Positions 1-10,871 are shown, numbered from the stretch's first letter. The stretch: 64,000 bases of DNA from an uncultured Aliarcobacter sp. (GCA_963664305.2 CAXXLV010000001.1:800001-864000); one strand, 5' to 3'. Numbers and translations are program-made. The notes: a model not told the origin generated them from the letters alone.

Positions 1-1221
1 AGCAACATCTTCGATAATAACTGTTGTTCCAGTTACTCTTACAGCTCCAACAGCTGGAAATAACCCTTTTCTAATTTTCCAATAAAGTGTGTACTCCTCA
101 ACATCTTTTGTAAAGTAGATATCTCTTACAACAGTAAACTCTTTTAACAATTCTTCAATTTGATTTATTTGAATATCTAGTTGCTCATCGCTAATTGCTC
201 TTGTTTCAATTAAAAGTGCTGTTACTTCATCATCAAAATCTTTTATAAATTTCGGCATTGCTGGATCTTGTTCAATACTTCTAAGACCTGCTCTATCCAT
301 TAATTCAACAGCATCAACAATAATTTGTTTTGAATCTCGTGCTAGTTTCAATTTTGTAACTGCACTACATGCTTCTTTCATATCTTTAAAATAGATAAGT
401 GCACTTGCTTTATCTTTTAAATCTTCAACTGTGTAATAAGTTACTTCTTCAATAAATGCTAAAGTTCCTTCACTTCCAATGATTAAATGTTGAAGTATTT
501 CAAACTCATCATCAAAGTCAATTAACGCATTTAAAGAGTAACCACAAGTATTTTTGATTTTAAATTTTTTCTCAATTTTTGCTCTTAATTCTTCATTCGA
601 TTTTGTATCATCTGAAAAGCTTTTTAAATCTTTTAGGAAATCGGCATGAGTTTTTCTAAATTCATTTTTACTCTCTTCACAAGCTGTATCAAGTTTAGTT
701 CCATCTGCAAAGATTAATTTCATAGATTTTAAAGTTTTATAAGAGTTTTGAGAAATTCCACAACACATTCCTGATGCATTATTTGCAGCAATTCCACCAA
801 TCATAGCAGCATTTATACTTGCTGGATCTGGACCAATTTTTTTAGAATATCTTGCTAATAATCCATTTGCTTGAGCACCTGTTAGGGCTGGTTCTAATGA
901 AATATAACTTGCATCTGGTGCTATTTTAAAGTTTGAGAAATTTCTAGAAGTTATAACTAAAATAGAATCACTAATTGCTTGACCTGAAAGTGAAGTTCCA
1001 CCTGCTCTAAATGTAATGCTTAAATTCATTGAAGAAGATAATTCAATAATATCTTGAACCTCTTTTGCATTATCTGTTTTGATTACTATTTTTGGAATTA
1101 ATCTATAAAAAGATGCATCCGTTCCATATGCTAAAGTGTGTAGTTTATCTGTGAAGATTTTATCTTTTGAGATTTTTAATGAAATCTCATCAAAAAATTT
1201 TTGGTATTTGCTATCTAACAT
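1..1221 (-). CDS. FAD/Fe-S D-lactate dehydrogenase (Dld-II type), 5' part; runs off the window edge
   Basis: Not in the ORF track. ATG at 1221 reads MLDSKYQKFF...AYGTDASFYRLIPK...FRAGGTSLSGQA...IGPDPAS...GGIAANNASG, typical FAD_binding_4 oxidase motifs; lies next to lutABC. Confidence 0.85.
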   Translation of the reverse strand, partial: MLDSKYQKFFDEISLKISKDKIFTDKLHTLAYGTDASFYRLIPKIVIKTDNAKEVQDIIELSSSMNLSITFRAGGTSLSGQAISDSILVITSRNFSNFKIAPDASYISLEPALTGAQANGLLARYSKKIGPDPASINAAMIGGIAANNASGMCCGISQNSYKTLKSMKLIFADGTKLDTACEESKNEFRKTHADFLKDLKSFSDDTKSNEELRAKIEKKFKIKNTCGYSLNALIDFDDEFEILQHLIIGSEGTLAFIEEVTYYTVEDLKDKASALIYFKDMKEACSAVTKLKLARDSKQIIVDAVELMDRAGLRSIEQDPAMPKFIKDFDDEVTALLIETRAISDEQLDIQINQIEELLKEFTVVRDIYFTKDVEEYTLYWKIRKGLFPAVGAVRVTGTTVIIEDVA

Positions 1222-1406
1222 TTTTTTCCTTTTTTTAATTGTTGTTTTGTTTTGAAAAAAAGATTTAATTATTCAAGCCTTGGTACAGTATAAATTCTTT
1301 GTTGAGGGTCATTAACAAAAGAAAACATTTTATCTTTTGTTTTAAAGATTAGATTTAAAATAAGTATAAAAAAATTTTTAGTTTTCATATCTCTTCTTGA
1401 TTAAAA

Positions 1407-1429
1407 TGTAAGAGGAAAAACCTCTTACA
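1407..1429 (-). terminator. Intrinsic terminator after dctM
   Basis: TGTAAGAGG-AAAAA-CCTCTTACA perfect stem, followed by Ts on the minus strand. Confidence 0.7.
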
Positions 1430-1433
1430 ATGG

Positions 1434-2789
1434 TTATTGTGTTATTCCAAAAAATTCTGGGAAGAATACAAGAGTTAATAAAACAGCTACTTGTATTAGA
1501 ATAAATGGTAAAACACCTTTATAAATATCTATAGTTCTTACACTTGGTGGAACAACCCCTTTTAAATAGAAAAGAGAGAATCCAAACGGTGGCGTTAAGA
1601 AAGATGTTTGTAAATTCATAGCAATTAATATTGCAAACCAAACAGGACTAATTCCTAATGTATCAGCAATTGGAACAAGAATTGGAACAATAATATATGA
1701 AATCTCAACGAAATCAATAAAGAATCCTAAAACAAAAATTGCTAACATTGTAAATAAAATGAAGGCAATTTTTTCATCACCTGGAAGATTTGTCATAAAA
1801 TGTTCAACGATTTCATCTCCACCAGTATATGTAAATACCATTGAGAATGCAGTTGCTCCAATTAAAATACCAAATACCATTGATGTTACTTTTACTGATT
1901 CAAAAGCAGCTTCTTTTACCATGTTTATTGAAAAACTTCTATATAAAACTGCAAGTAATACAGCACCAAGACAACCAACAGCAGATGATTCAGTTGGAGT
2001 TGCAACTCCTGCAAAAATTGAACCTAAAACTAAAACAATTAGAGTTAGTGATGGAATAATTGCAATAAGTGCACCTACAACTTGTTTTGATTTAGAACCT
2101 CTTGCTGGATCCTTTGGAATAGATGGTGCAAAATCTTTTTTAATATAAGAAACAACTAATATAAATAAAATATACGCTCCAACTAATGCTAGACCTGGCC
2201 AAATTGCAGCTTGGAATAAATCACCAACAGGTACTTGGAAAACATCTCCTAAAATAATTAAAACAATTGAAGGAGGAATAATTTGTCCTAAAGTTCCAGA
2301 AGCACAAATCGTTCCCGTTGCAAGTGGTAAGTTATATTTATATTTCATCATAACTGGAAGTGAAATAACTCCCATAGCCACAACAGATGCTCCAACAACT
2401 CCAGTAGAAGCAGCAAGTAATGTTCCTACAAGTACAGTTGAAATTGCAACTCCACCTCTAATTTCTCCAAATAAGAATCCCATAGATTCTAAAAGTTTTT
2501 CAGCAAGTCCAGTTTTTTGTAAAATAATTCCCATAAAAATGAACATTGGAACAGACATCAAAATAGTATTTTGCATGATAGACATAATTCTAAATGGCAT
2601 GAAATCAAACATTCCAAGACCTTCATCTAGTCCATCGACTAATCCTTGCCAAACACCATCATCAAAACCAACTTCAACTATTCCTGCAATTACACCAAAT
2701 AGTAAAGAAACAGCCGCAAAAGTAAATGCTACAGGAAAACCATATAGTAACATTACCAATGAGGCAAAAAACATAATTATACCAATCAT
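1434..2789 (-). CDS. dctM: TRAP transporter large permease
   Basis: Multi-TM protein; GTLGQIIPPS and SFLTPPFG motifs. Confidence 0.92.
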   Translation of the reverse strand: MIGIIMFFASLVMLLYGFPVAFTFAAVSLLFGVIAGIVEVGFDDGVWQGLVDGLDEGLGMFDFMPFRIMSIMQNTILMSVPMFIFMGIILQKTGLAEKLLESMGFLFGEIRGGVAISTVLVGTLLAASTGVVGASVVAMGVISLPVMMKYKYNLPLATGTICASGTLGQIIPPSIVLIILGDVFQVPVGDLFQAAIWPGLALVGAYILFILVVSYIKKDFAPSIPKDPARGSKSKQVVGALIAIIPSLTLIVLVLGSIFAGVATPTESSAVGCLGAVLLAVLYRSFSINMVKEAAFESVKVTSMVFGILIGATAFSMVFTYTGGDEIVEHFMTNLPGDEKIAFILFTMLAIFVLGFFIDFVEISYIIVPILVPIADTLGISPVWFAILIAMNLQTSFLTPPFGFSLFYLKGVVPPSVRTIDIYKGVLPFILIQVAVLLTLVFFPEFFGITQ

Positions 2790-3394
2790 TTGTTTTCCTC
2801 TTTTCCATCAATGTCTACTACATGATGTTTGTGCTCATTTAATTCATTTTTTAAATTTTCAATTTCACCTTTTAGATTATATTCATCCATATCATGTAAA
2901 CCTTTGTATATATTTAGGTTTTTTATAAAAAATCCAATTGATGTAATAATCAATAAGAAAAATGATAAAGGAATTAATGATTTTACAATCCATCTAAAAG
3001 GAAGCCCACCTGGATCTCCACTTTGTTCATGAGATGTGAAAGATTCAACAACAAATGGAATAGATTCAACTGCAATTAGTAAAGCTACAGGAATTATGAA
3101 TAAAACAACTCCAACCATATTAATTTTTGCTTTTTTCTTATTTGTTAATCTATCATATATTAAATCAACTCTTACGTGACCATCTTCTTTTAATGTATAA
3201 GATATACCTAAAAGAATAATTACTGAAAATAAGTGCCATTCCATCTCTTGCATAGCGATACTTCCTGTATGAAAAAAGTATCTCATAATTACGTCATAAG
3301 TTACATTTAAAATCATAAGTACCATTACAAAAGCAGTAATATAGCCTATAATATCAGCAAATTTATCAAAACCTCGTTCTAGTTTTAACAGCAT
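2786..3394 (-). CDS. dctQ: TRAP transporter small permease
   Basis: 4 TM segments; GHVRVD motif; overlaps the dctM start. Confidence 0.9.
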   Translation of the reverse strand: MLLKLERGFDKFADIIGYITAFVMVLMILNVTYDVIMRYFFHTGSIAMQEMEWHLFSVIILLGISYTLKEDGHVRVDLIYDRLTNKKKAKINMVGVVLFIIPVALLIAVESIPFVVESFTSHEQSGDPGGLPFRWIVKSLIPLSFFLLIITSIGFFIKNLNIYKGLHDMDEYNLKGEIENLKNELNEHKHHVVDIDGKEENK

Positions 3395-3485
3395 AATAAT
3401 CCTTTTGAAATTTCTTGATAAGTTAAATAAATATAAACGGTTAATACATTTATTAAACTTATTATATCTATTTTAAGTTAAGTAG

Positions 3486-3507
3486 CTAACTCTCAGAAGA
3501 GAGTTAG
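3486..3507 (-). terminator. Hairpin after dctP (partial terminator or mRNA stabiliser)
   Basis: CTAACTCTC-AGAA-GAGAGTTAG perfect 9-bp stem. Confidence 0.6.
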
Positions 3508-3513
3508 TTAATT

Positions 3514-4578
3514 TTATAAATTGTCTTTTAAGTATAAATAGTCAGACATTTCTGTCCATTTTCTAGATTTTTTTTGATAAGCTTCTTGAGATTCTAAAGT
3601 CTCTTTTAATAATGGAGATTGAGCTTTTAATTCTGTTAATAACTCATCATTAGCTTTTTTCATAGCATCCATAACTGGTTTTGGGAAAGTTTTAACTTTG
3701 ATATTTGGGAACTCAGTTAACATAGTTGACCAAGCTTCACTACTCATGTGGTAGTTTTGAATATACATATCATAAGCACTTACTCTCATTGCTGTTAATA
3801 AAATTTGTTGGTAATCTTTTGGTAATTTATCAAAAGATTTTTGATTTACTAAGAATTGTAATTCTGTTGCTGGTTCATGCCAACCTGTATAGTAATATGG
3901 TGCAATTTTGTGGAATCCCATAGAAATATCCATACCTGGGCCAACCCATTCTAACGCATCAATAGTACCTCTTTCAAGTGAAGTATAAAGTTCACCTGGA
4001 GCAATATTAGTAACTGTTAATCCAAGTTTTGCCATAACTTCTCCAGCAAATCCTGGAATTCTCATTTTTAGACCTTTTAAGTCATCAAGAGAGTTGATTT
4101 CTTTTCTAAACCAACCACCCATTTGGTTTCCAGTATTTCCACCTGGATAAGATAAAACACCATGTTTAGCATATGCTTTTTGCATTAATTCCATTCCACC
4201 ACCATAGTAGAACCATGCATATTGCTCAGGTGCAGTTAATCCAAAAGGCATTGTTGTGAATGGTAATGTTTCAATATCTTTACCTTTCCAGTAATAAGAA
4301 GCAGAGTGACCCATATCATATTGACCACCTTTAACCATATCTAAAATACCTAATGGTGATTTATGTTTATTAGCAGCGTCAATTCTAATTTGGAATTTTC
4401 CATCTGACATCTCTTCAACAAGTTTTGCCATATTTGTTGGTGAATCAATAAATGGACTTAAAGTTGAACCCCAAGTTGTTGCTAGTGTCCATTTTACTTT
4501 TTCTGCAGCATTTGCAACAGTAGCTAAACCTGCAATAAGTGCAGTTGTAACTAGTAATTTCGTAGTTTTTTGTAACAT
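3514..4578 (-). CDS. dctP: TRAP substrate-binding protein (monocarboxylate/lactate type)
   Basis: Signal peptide; QMGGWFRKEI, GLKMRIPG and LERGTIDALEWVGP motifs. Confidence 0.92.
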   Translation of the reverse strand: MLQKTTKLLVTTALIAGLATVANAAEKVKWTLATTWGSTLSPFIDSPTNMAKLVEEMSDGKFQIRIDAANKHKSPLGILDMVKGGQYDMGHSASYYWKGKDIETLPFTTMPFGLTAPEQYAWFYYGGGMELMQKAYAKHGVLSYPGGNTGNQMGGWFRKEINSLDDLKGLKMRIPGFAGEVMAKLGLTVTNIAPGELYTSLERGTIDALEWVGPGMDISMGFHKIAPYYYTGWHEPATELQFLVNQKSFDKLPKDYQQILLTAMRVSAYDMYIQNYHMSSEAWSTMLTEFPNIKVKTFPKPVMDAMKKANDELLTELKAQSPLLKETLESQEAYQKKSRKWTEMSDYLYLKDNL

Positions 4579-4607
4579 TTCATTTCTCCTTAGATTTGTT
4601 ATTTTAA

Positions 4608-4641
4608 ATTCTAACTAGTAGACATGAAAATTATATGATAT
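4608..4641 (-). promoter_or_regulatory. Putative response-regulator direct repeat plus -10 box of dctP
   Basis: Minus strand reads ATATCATATAATTTTCAT (TCAT with 11-bp period), 10 nt, then TAGAAT; same layout upstream of lutA. Confidence 0.55.
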
Positions 4642-4663
4642 TTTTCCAATAAATATGTAATAT

Positions 4664-5308
4664 TTATGTAATTTTAAATATATATCCTGTGTCTACAACA
4701 GTTTGAATATAATCTTTTTCAAGTATTTTTCTAACCCGTCTTATTAGACTTCTAATAGATTCTAAAGAGGCAAAATTACCTTCCCAAACGTAGTTTTCTA
4801 TACTTTCATAAGAGATAACTTGATTTTTTTTAGTTAAAAAAAGATTTATAAGAAGTTTCTCTTTTTTTGTTAATCTTACTTCCACATTATTGATAACAAC
4901 CAAAGCTGATTTAAAATCAAAATAAGAGTTTTCATCAAAATAGATTTTTTCATTTTGTATCTTGCAAAGCTTTTCTATTTTTATCTCTAATTCATCAATA
5001 AAAAAAGGTTTCTTTAAAAAATCATTACAACCAAAGTCATATGCTTCTTTTATCACATCTAGTTCAACACTAGCACTAATGATTATAACTGGAAGTGAAC
5101 TATAGAATTCTCTAATTTTTTTTAATATTTTTATTCCATCAATATTTGGGACATTGATATCTAAAATAAAACATGAAAATCCCTCTGTTATTTTCTCATA
5201 AGCTTCTTTGCCATCAATAAATGACAAAACATTGTAACCTTTGAGTTTTAATCTTTTTGAAATAGCTTCGTTTAATTTTTTATTATCTTCTAAAAGTAAA
5301 ATCTTCAT
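4664..5308 (-). CDS. OmpR-family response regulator
   Basis: Receiver motifs (LLED, ILDINVP, KPF) plus C-terminal winged helix. Confidence 0.92.
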   Translation of the reverse strand: MKILLLEDNKKLNEAISKRLKLKGYNVLSFIDGKEAYEKITEGFSCFILDINVPNIDGIKILKKIREFYSSLPVIIISASVELDVIKEAYDFGCNDFLKKPFFIDELEIKIEKLCKIQNEKIYFDENSYFDFKSALVVINNVEVRLTKKEKLLINLFLTKKNQVISYESIENYVWEGNFASLESIRSLIRRVRKILEKDYIQTVVDTGYIFKIT

Positions 5309-5310
5309 TT

Positions 5311-7503
5311 TTATACCTTTTTATGAGGAAGTTTTATAGTAAAGATAACATTGTCATCTTCATTTCTTACTTTTATACTTCCTCTCATTTTATCTTCAAT
5401 AATAACTTTTGCCATATAAAGCCCAAAACCAGTTCCATTTTCTTTAGTTGTGAAATATGGATCAAAAATAGAATTTATTATTTTGTCGTCGATTTTTCCA
5501 CCATTATCAATAATTTCTATTGTATTATAAGTTGAACATCTTTCTATATTTATATCTATTTTAGCTTGTTTTTCATCATCTTTAAAATTCTCAACTATTT
5601 TGTTTTTTGCGTTGTTAATCAAATTTAATAAAACTTGTTTGAATTCATTTTCGTAACCATATATTAGTAGTTCTTCATTTTTATTTTTATAATTAAAACT
5701 CATTTTTATATTAGAATAGAATATCTGTTTTCCAATAATTTCATTTATTTCATTTAAAGCTTTTGAGATAGAAAAAAGTTTTTTTGTAGTTGAAGGTTTT
5801 AAGAAATTTCTAAAATCACTTAAAGTTTTTGACATATATTTTATTTGTACCATTGAATCATTTACAAAATCTTTTACATCAACATCTTTTAATTCATTTA
5901 AAAGATAAGTAGTTTGAATATCTTGAACAAGCGCAGACAACTCAACTAATGGTTCATTCCATTGATGAGCAATAGCAGCAATCATATCACCCATTTCTGC
6001 TAATTTACTTTGTTGGATTAAAAACTGTTTTTGTTGAACACGTTCAGTAATATCATCCATAATACAAACTATCCCACCAACAGTTCCATCAATATTTTTA
6101 TAAACAGCTTTATTTAAAATGATATGTTTCATCTCTTTAGAAGGTGTATGAAATGTAAATTCAGATGTACTTGTAGAAAATGTTTGAAGTAATTCTTGAT
6201 CTATTTGTGTATTTGCAGAAGCAATTTTATAAGGGAAAAAGTCAAAAGCAGTTTTTCCAATAATTTCATCTCTTGTGCTATCAACTAAATTTTCAAAACT
6301 AGTATTACATCCTAAAAATTTTCCATCAATATTTTTATAATAAATAGGATTTGGAATAGTATCTAGTAGTACTTTATCAAATTCAAGTCTGTTTGAAAGT
6401 GCTAATTCAACTTTTTCTCTTCTTTGAATATTTGCCCTTAAAATTAGAACAATAATACTTAGAGTCAAAATTATTAGAATTGAAATTACAAAAAATTTAT
6501 AATGTTCTTTATATACGGAACTTGGTTCATTTATGATAATTGGGTCATTTACATAATCTGATATATTTATATTAAATTTTTTTAATTCATTATAATCAAA
6601 CATGTAAAGATTTGGTGATTTTTCTAAGATAGGAATATCTTTTGGATTTTTACCATTTAAAATCTCTAAAGCCATTTTAGAAACAGCTTCTCCTTGAGCA
6701 ACTGCTGAAGTTAAAAGACCTCCAACTATCCCATCATTTAGATAAAAATCCCAAAGACCATAAATTGGAACTTGACTAACTTTTTTCACTTCTTGAAAAC
6801 TTTGTTTATATGTAAAATATTTTCCAGTTGTATCTTTAAAAAGTAAAACGAATAAAATTACACTATTCTCTTTATCTAAATTTGAAACTTTATTTTTTAA
6901 ACTATTGATTTCTAAATTATCTGTATATTCAATGTTAAATTTCTTTTGATATTTTTCAATAATAGGATTTAAATCTCTTTTTACAGCATTTCCTGTTGCC
7001 GAACGGTCATTTATAATTAATAAATTTTTTAGATTTGGATGTAGTTTTGAAATTAATTCAATATTCTTTTCAACATCAACTTCTTCTGCAACTCCCGTCA
7101 TAATATCTTTCATATCATTTTCATGAAGTAATACTTTATCAAAATTGTTTATTCCACAAAAAACAACTGGTACATCTTTGAAAAGATATTCGTGATATTT
7201 AATTATAAAATCAAACGCATTATTATCACTTATTATAATTAAATCAAATTTTCTATTTTCAAATTGTTGTTTATAAAGTTTTACTAGATTTGATAGATAC
7301 TCAGGTGTGTCAATTCTTTTGGTATCCATATAAATTGTAGTTAGTTCTACATCTTTTAGTGGTTTGAAATTTTTTTCAATTGTTTTTGATATATCATCGG
7401 TCCAAATATAACCTTTATGATATGAGTGAATTAAAAGTACCTCTTTACTTGAAGCAAAGAGGTAATTAAAAAAAAGTAAGCTAAATAGTAAAATATATTT
7501 CAT
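5311..7503 (-). CDS. Sensor histidine kinase with periplasmic ABC-substrate-binding-like domain and PAS domain
   Basis: Signal peptide, large periplasmic domain, TM, PAS (IPNPIYYKN), H-box IAHQW, HATPase NLINNA/DNGG/GTGFGL. Confidence 0.9.
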   Translation of the reverse strand: MKYILLFSLLFFNYLFASSKEVLLIHSYHKGYIWTDDISKTIEKNFKPLKDVELTTIYMDTKRIDTPEYLSNLVKLYKQQFENRKFDLIIISDNNAFDFIIKYHEYLFKDVPVVFCGINNFDKVLLHENDMKDIMTGVAEEVDVEKNIELISKLHPNLKNLLIINDRSATGNAVKRDLNPIIEKYQKKFNIEYTDNLEINSLKNKVSNLDKENSVILFVLLFKDTTGKYFTYKQSFQEVKKVSQVPIYGLWDFYLNDGIVGGLLTSAVAQGEAVSKMALEILNGKNPKDIPILEKSPNLYMFDYNELKKFNINISDYVNDPIIINEPSSVYKEHYKFFVISILIILTLSIIVLILRANIQRREKVELALSNRLEFDKVLLDTIPNPIYYKNIDGKFLGCNTSFENLVDSTRDEIIGKTAFDFFPYKIASANTQIDQELLQTFSTSTSEFTFHTPSKEMKHIILNKAVYKNIDGTVGGIVCIMDDITERVQQKQFLIQQSKLAEMGDMIAAIAHQWNEPLVELSALVQDIQTTYLLNELKDVDVKDFVNDSMVQIKYMSKTLSDFRNFLKPSTTKKLFSISKALNEINEIIGKQIFYSNIKMSFNYKNKNEELLIYGYENEFKQVLLNLINNAKNKIVENFKDDEKQAKIDINIERCSTYNTIEIIDNGGKIDDKIINSIFDPYFTTKENGTGFGLYMAKVIIEDKMRGSIKVRNEDDNVIFTIKLPHKKV

Positions 7504-7528
7504 TAAAATCCCCTATCTAGCAATTATA

Positions 7529-8116
7529 TCAAGATTTTACGAAAATCACATACCCTGATTTTGGACCATGAGCTCCAATAACTAATGATTGTTCAATATC
7601 TGCAGTTTTAGATGGACCTGAAATAAATACACCATAACCTTGGTTTTCAAAAGAGATTTTTTCATATGCTTCATGCATATTGTTTAAAATATCATTTTCA
7701 TCTATAACAATTACGATATTTTGTGCAATAAAATATAAAGCTCTATGTCTATTTGATGGATTTTTCATCCAAATTGCACCATTTTCTGCAACTGCAAAAT
7801 TTCCTTTTACAACAGCTAAATCAATATCTTTTAAATCATGAGCATCTTCAAAGCTATTTGCATAAAAGTTTCCTAAATTACAAAAATCTACATTTGAAGC
7901 TATTTGTTTTTCTTTTGGATATAAATCTTTTATAGTTTGGTCTAAATCTTTTTTATCAATAATTAAAGCTTTCCCACCAACACTTTCAAGCATTGTAGAA
8001 AATGTTTGAAATTTATCTTCAAATTTTATTCCAAAATTATCATATGAAGGAAGTTTTACATCTTTTACGACATTGTTTTCTCTAATTGCATTTAAAATCT
8101 TTTCTTTACTAGTCAT
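7529..8116 (-). CDS. lutC: Lactate utilisation protein C (LUD domain)
   Basis: ISGPSKTADIEQSLVIGAHGP. Confidence 0.9.
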   Translation of the reverse strand: MTSKEKILNAIRENNVVKDVKLPSYDNFGIKFEDKFQTFSTMLESVGGKALIIDKKDLDQTIKDLYPKEKQIASNVDFCNLGNFYANSFEDAHDLKDIDLAVVKGNFAVAENGAIWMKNPSNRHRALYFIAQNIVIVIDENDILNNMHEAYEKISFENQGYGVFISGPSKTADIEQSLVIGAHGPKSGYVIFVKS

Positions 8117-9488
8117 CTAATTCTCCTTCTTTAAACATCTCTTTAAAGCTTTTTTCTGGGAATTTTGGTAAATCTCTTTGTTTTCCCCATACATTTGCTT
8201 TATTGTAAAGTATGAAATTTGGTAGTTTTGGAACTATTACTCTTGCCATTTTTCCAGCAAAATCAAATAAAGCTGGTTTACTCATAAGCCAAGTGGTTAC
8301 TTTCATAGCCATTTTCTTTTTGCTATCAATTAAATCAGCATTTCCTAAATCTTGTCTTAGACTATAAAGTTGTGAATCTAAATCAATTTTAACTGGACAT
8401 ACATTTGAACATGAACCACATAATGTACATGCAAACGGTAAAGAGTTATGAAGTTCTGGATGTCTTGCACTTCCTAAAATAGAACCAATTGGTCCAGGAA
8501 TTACATACTCATACGAGTGACCACCACTTCTTCTATAAACAGGACATGTATTCATACATGCACCACATCTAATACAATTTAATGCTTTTTTGTTTTTTGT
8601 AGATGATAAAAACTGAGTTCTTTTATTATCAACAATAATTATGTGCATTTTTCCACCTTCAACACTTCCATGGAAATGTGAAGTATAAGATGTAATTGGT
8701 TGTCCAGTTGCACTTCTTGCTAATAATCTTGTAAATACAGATAAATCTTCAAGTCTTGGAATAATTTTTTCAATACCCATTGAAGCAATATGAAGTTTAG
8801 GAACACTTGCTCCCATATCTGCATTTCCTTCATTTGTACAAACTACAACACCACCAGTATTTGCAATTGCAAAATTAACTCCTGTTAATCCAGCATCAGC
8901 AGTTAAAAAATCTTCTCTAAGTGCAGCACGTGCAGCTCTTGTTAAATAAGTTGGGTCATAGTTTCCTTTTTCAGTTCCAAGTTTTTCATGGAATGTATCA
9001 GAAACATCTGATTTTTTTAAGTGAATTGCTGGAAGAACGATATGTGAAGGTGGTTCATTTCTAAGTTGTACAATTCTTTCACCTAAATCTGTATCAATTA
9101 CTTCGATGCCCCTACTTTCTAAGTAAGGATTCAAGTGACACTCTTCTGTTAGCATAGATTTAGATTTAACGATTTTTTTTACGTTATTTTCACTTAAAAT
9201 TTTGTGAACGATTTCATTGTGCTCTTGAGCATCACATGCGAAGTGAACAGTAATTCCTTTTGCTGTCGCATTTTTTTCAAACTCTAATAGATATTTATCT
9301 AAATTAGCCATTGTATGAGTTTTTATTTGATTTGCATATTCTCTTAATTGTTCCCATTCAGGAATAGATTTACTTGCTCTATCTCTTTTTTCTCTTACAA
9401 ACCATAATGCTTGGTCATGCCAATGCATTCTTTCATCATTAGCTACAAACTTTGCTGCATTATCTGAGTGGTTGTGATTTGTACTCAT
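8109..9488 (-). CDS. lutB: Lactate utilisation protein B (Fe-S)
   Basis: VKSKSM, TDLGE, NEGN, CIRCGACMNTCP, CTLCGSCSNVCP. Confidence 0.93.
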   Translation of the reverse strand: MSTNHNHSDNAAKFVANDERMHWHDQALWFVREKRDRASKSIPEWEQLREYANQIKTHTMANLDKYLLEFEKNATAKGITVHFACDAQEHNEIVHKILSENNVKKIVKSKSMLTEECHLNPYLESRGIEVIDTDLGERIVQLRNEPPSHIVLPAIHLKKSDVSDTFHEKLGTEKGNYDPTYLTRAARAALREDFLTADAGLTGVNFAIANTGGVVVCTNEGNADMGASVPKLHIASMGIEKIIPRLEDLSVFTRLLARSATGQPITSYTSHFHGSVEGGKMHIIIVDNKRTQFLSSTKNKKALNCIRCGACMNTCPVYRRSGGHSYEYVIPGPIGSILGSARHPELHNSLPFACTLCGSCSNVCPVKIDLDSQLYSLRQDLGNADLIDSKKKMAMKVTTWLMSKPALFDFAGKMARVIVPKLPNFILYNKANVWGKQRDLPKFPEKSFKEMFKEGELDD

Positions 9489-10234
9489 GGTCTAACTCCT
9501 GCAAGAATTTCAACTATATGCATAACTTTAATTGGTGTTTTATCTCTATTTATAATTCCATCCATGTGCATTAAACATGACATATCTGCACCTGTTATGA
9601 TTTTAGCTTCTGAATCTATATGGTCTTTTATTCTATCTTTCCCCATTGCAACTGAAATCGCTTCTTCTGCAACACTAAATGTTCCTCCAAATCCACAACA
9701 TTCATCTTCTCTTCTTAATGTAACTAATTCAATATCATTTACTTTATTTAATAGGTTTTTTAATTTTGAATTATAAGGAATGTTAAGTTCACTTGCAGTT
9801 GCAAGTTTTAAAACTCTATGTCCGTGACAAGAGTTGTGAACTCCAACTTTATAAGGGAAAGAGTGGTCAAATTTAATATTTTCAAGTTTAATTACATCAT
9901 GTAAAAATTCACAAACTTCATAAATTGAAGTTTTTACTTTATTAAAATCTTTATCATCATTAAAAAATTCTGCATAATGCTCTTTTACCATTGAAACACA
10001 TGAACCACTTGGTGCTACAATGTAATCATAATCTTTAAATGTTTTTACAAAATTTATAGCTAAAGTCTTTACATCTTTTGAACAGCCAGAGTTTGCCATA
10101 GGTTGTCCACAGCAAGTTTGACTTAAAGGGTAATCAATATTTAATCCCTGATTTTTTAGTAGTTTGTATGTTGCTTTACAAATGTCTGGATACAATTCAT
10201 TCATAAAACATGGAATAAATAAACCAATTTTCAT
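9485..10234 (-). CDS. lutA: Lactate utilisation protein A (CCG domains)
   Basis: QTCCGQP and ECCGFGGTF. Confidence 0.92.
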   Translation of the reverse strand: MKIGLFIPCFMNELYPDICKATYKLLKNQGLNIDYPLSQTCCGQPMANSGCSKDVKTLAINFVKTFKDYDYIVAPSGSCVSMVKEHYAEFFNDDKDFNKVKTSIYEVCEFLHDVIKLENIKFDHSFPYKVGVHNSCHGHRVLKLATASELNIPYNSKLKNLLNKVNDIELVTLRREDECCGFGGTFSVAEEAISVAMGKDRIKDHIDSEAKIITGADMSCLMHMDGIINRDKTPIKVMHIVEILAGVRP

Positions 10235-10260
10235 ACTTTCTCCTTATATTTAATAACATA

Positions 10261-10294
10261 ATTTTATATTTAAAGTATGAAATAAATATGATAT
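10261..10294 (-). promoter_or_regulatory. Putative response-regulator direct repeat plus -10 box of lutA
   Basis: Minus strand reads ATATCATATTTATTTCAT, 10 nt, then TAAAAT. Confidence 0.55.
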
Positions 10295-10295
10295 T

Positions 10296-10871
10296 TTATT
10301 TTTCTAAATAAATAGTTATATCATTTTGTAAATAGTGTTCTTTAATTTTTATTTTTTTTGTAAGTGTTAAACAGTAAACTAGTATTTCATCTGTTTTTAT
10401 ATCTGTTAAAGAATCATTTTTTAGAAAATTAAAAACAAATGCAATATTTGATGAGTCAAAACATTTTTTAATAAAAATTTTAATCTCTTCAAAATTTAAT
10501 ATATTCATCGCACCACTACAAATATAATAATCGCAAGTTAGTAATTCATCTTTTATAATATCTTGAATTTTAAAATCAATATTTGTAAATCTTTTTGAAG
10601 CCAAATCAATCATAATTTTTTCACAATCAATTCCAATATAAGATTTAGGTGTTTTTTTATTTTTATTTAAATAATTATAATATTCTCCAAATCCACAACC
10701 TGCATCAATCAATGAGCTATTTTTTATATTTTTAATGAAACTTGTTAATATTTCAAATCTTTTATATTGAGTGTATTTTGAATTCCATTGTACACCTTCT
10801 GCACTTATTCCGTATCTTTTTACAGATTTCTCATAAAATAAGGTGTTTTTATTATTTTGAAATTTGTTCAA
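10296..10871 (-). CDS. Class I SAM-dependent methyltransferase
   Basis: LIDAGCGFG motif I; YIGID. Confidence 0.85.
   Translation of the reverse strand: MNKFQNNKNTLFYEKSVKRYGISAEGVQWNSKYTQYKRFEILTSFIKNIKNSSLIDAGCGFGEYYNYLNKNKKTPKSYIGIDCEKIMIDLASKRFTNIDFKIQDIIKDELLTCDYYICSGAMNILNFEEIKIFIKKCFDSSNIAFVFNFLKNDSLTDIKTDEILVYCLTLTKKIKIKEHYLQNDITIYLEK

Noticed and set aside
1759..3923. Short antisense ORFs over the TRAP genes, and similar ones elsewhere in the ORF track
   Set aside because: Fully overlap well-supported genes on the opposite strand and have no motifs or RBS
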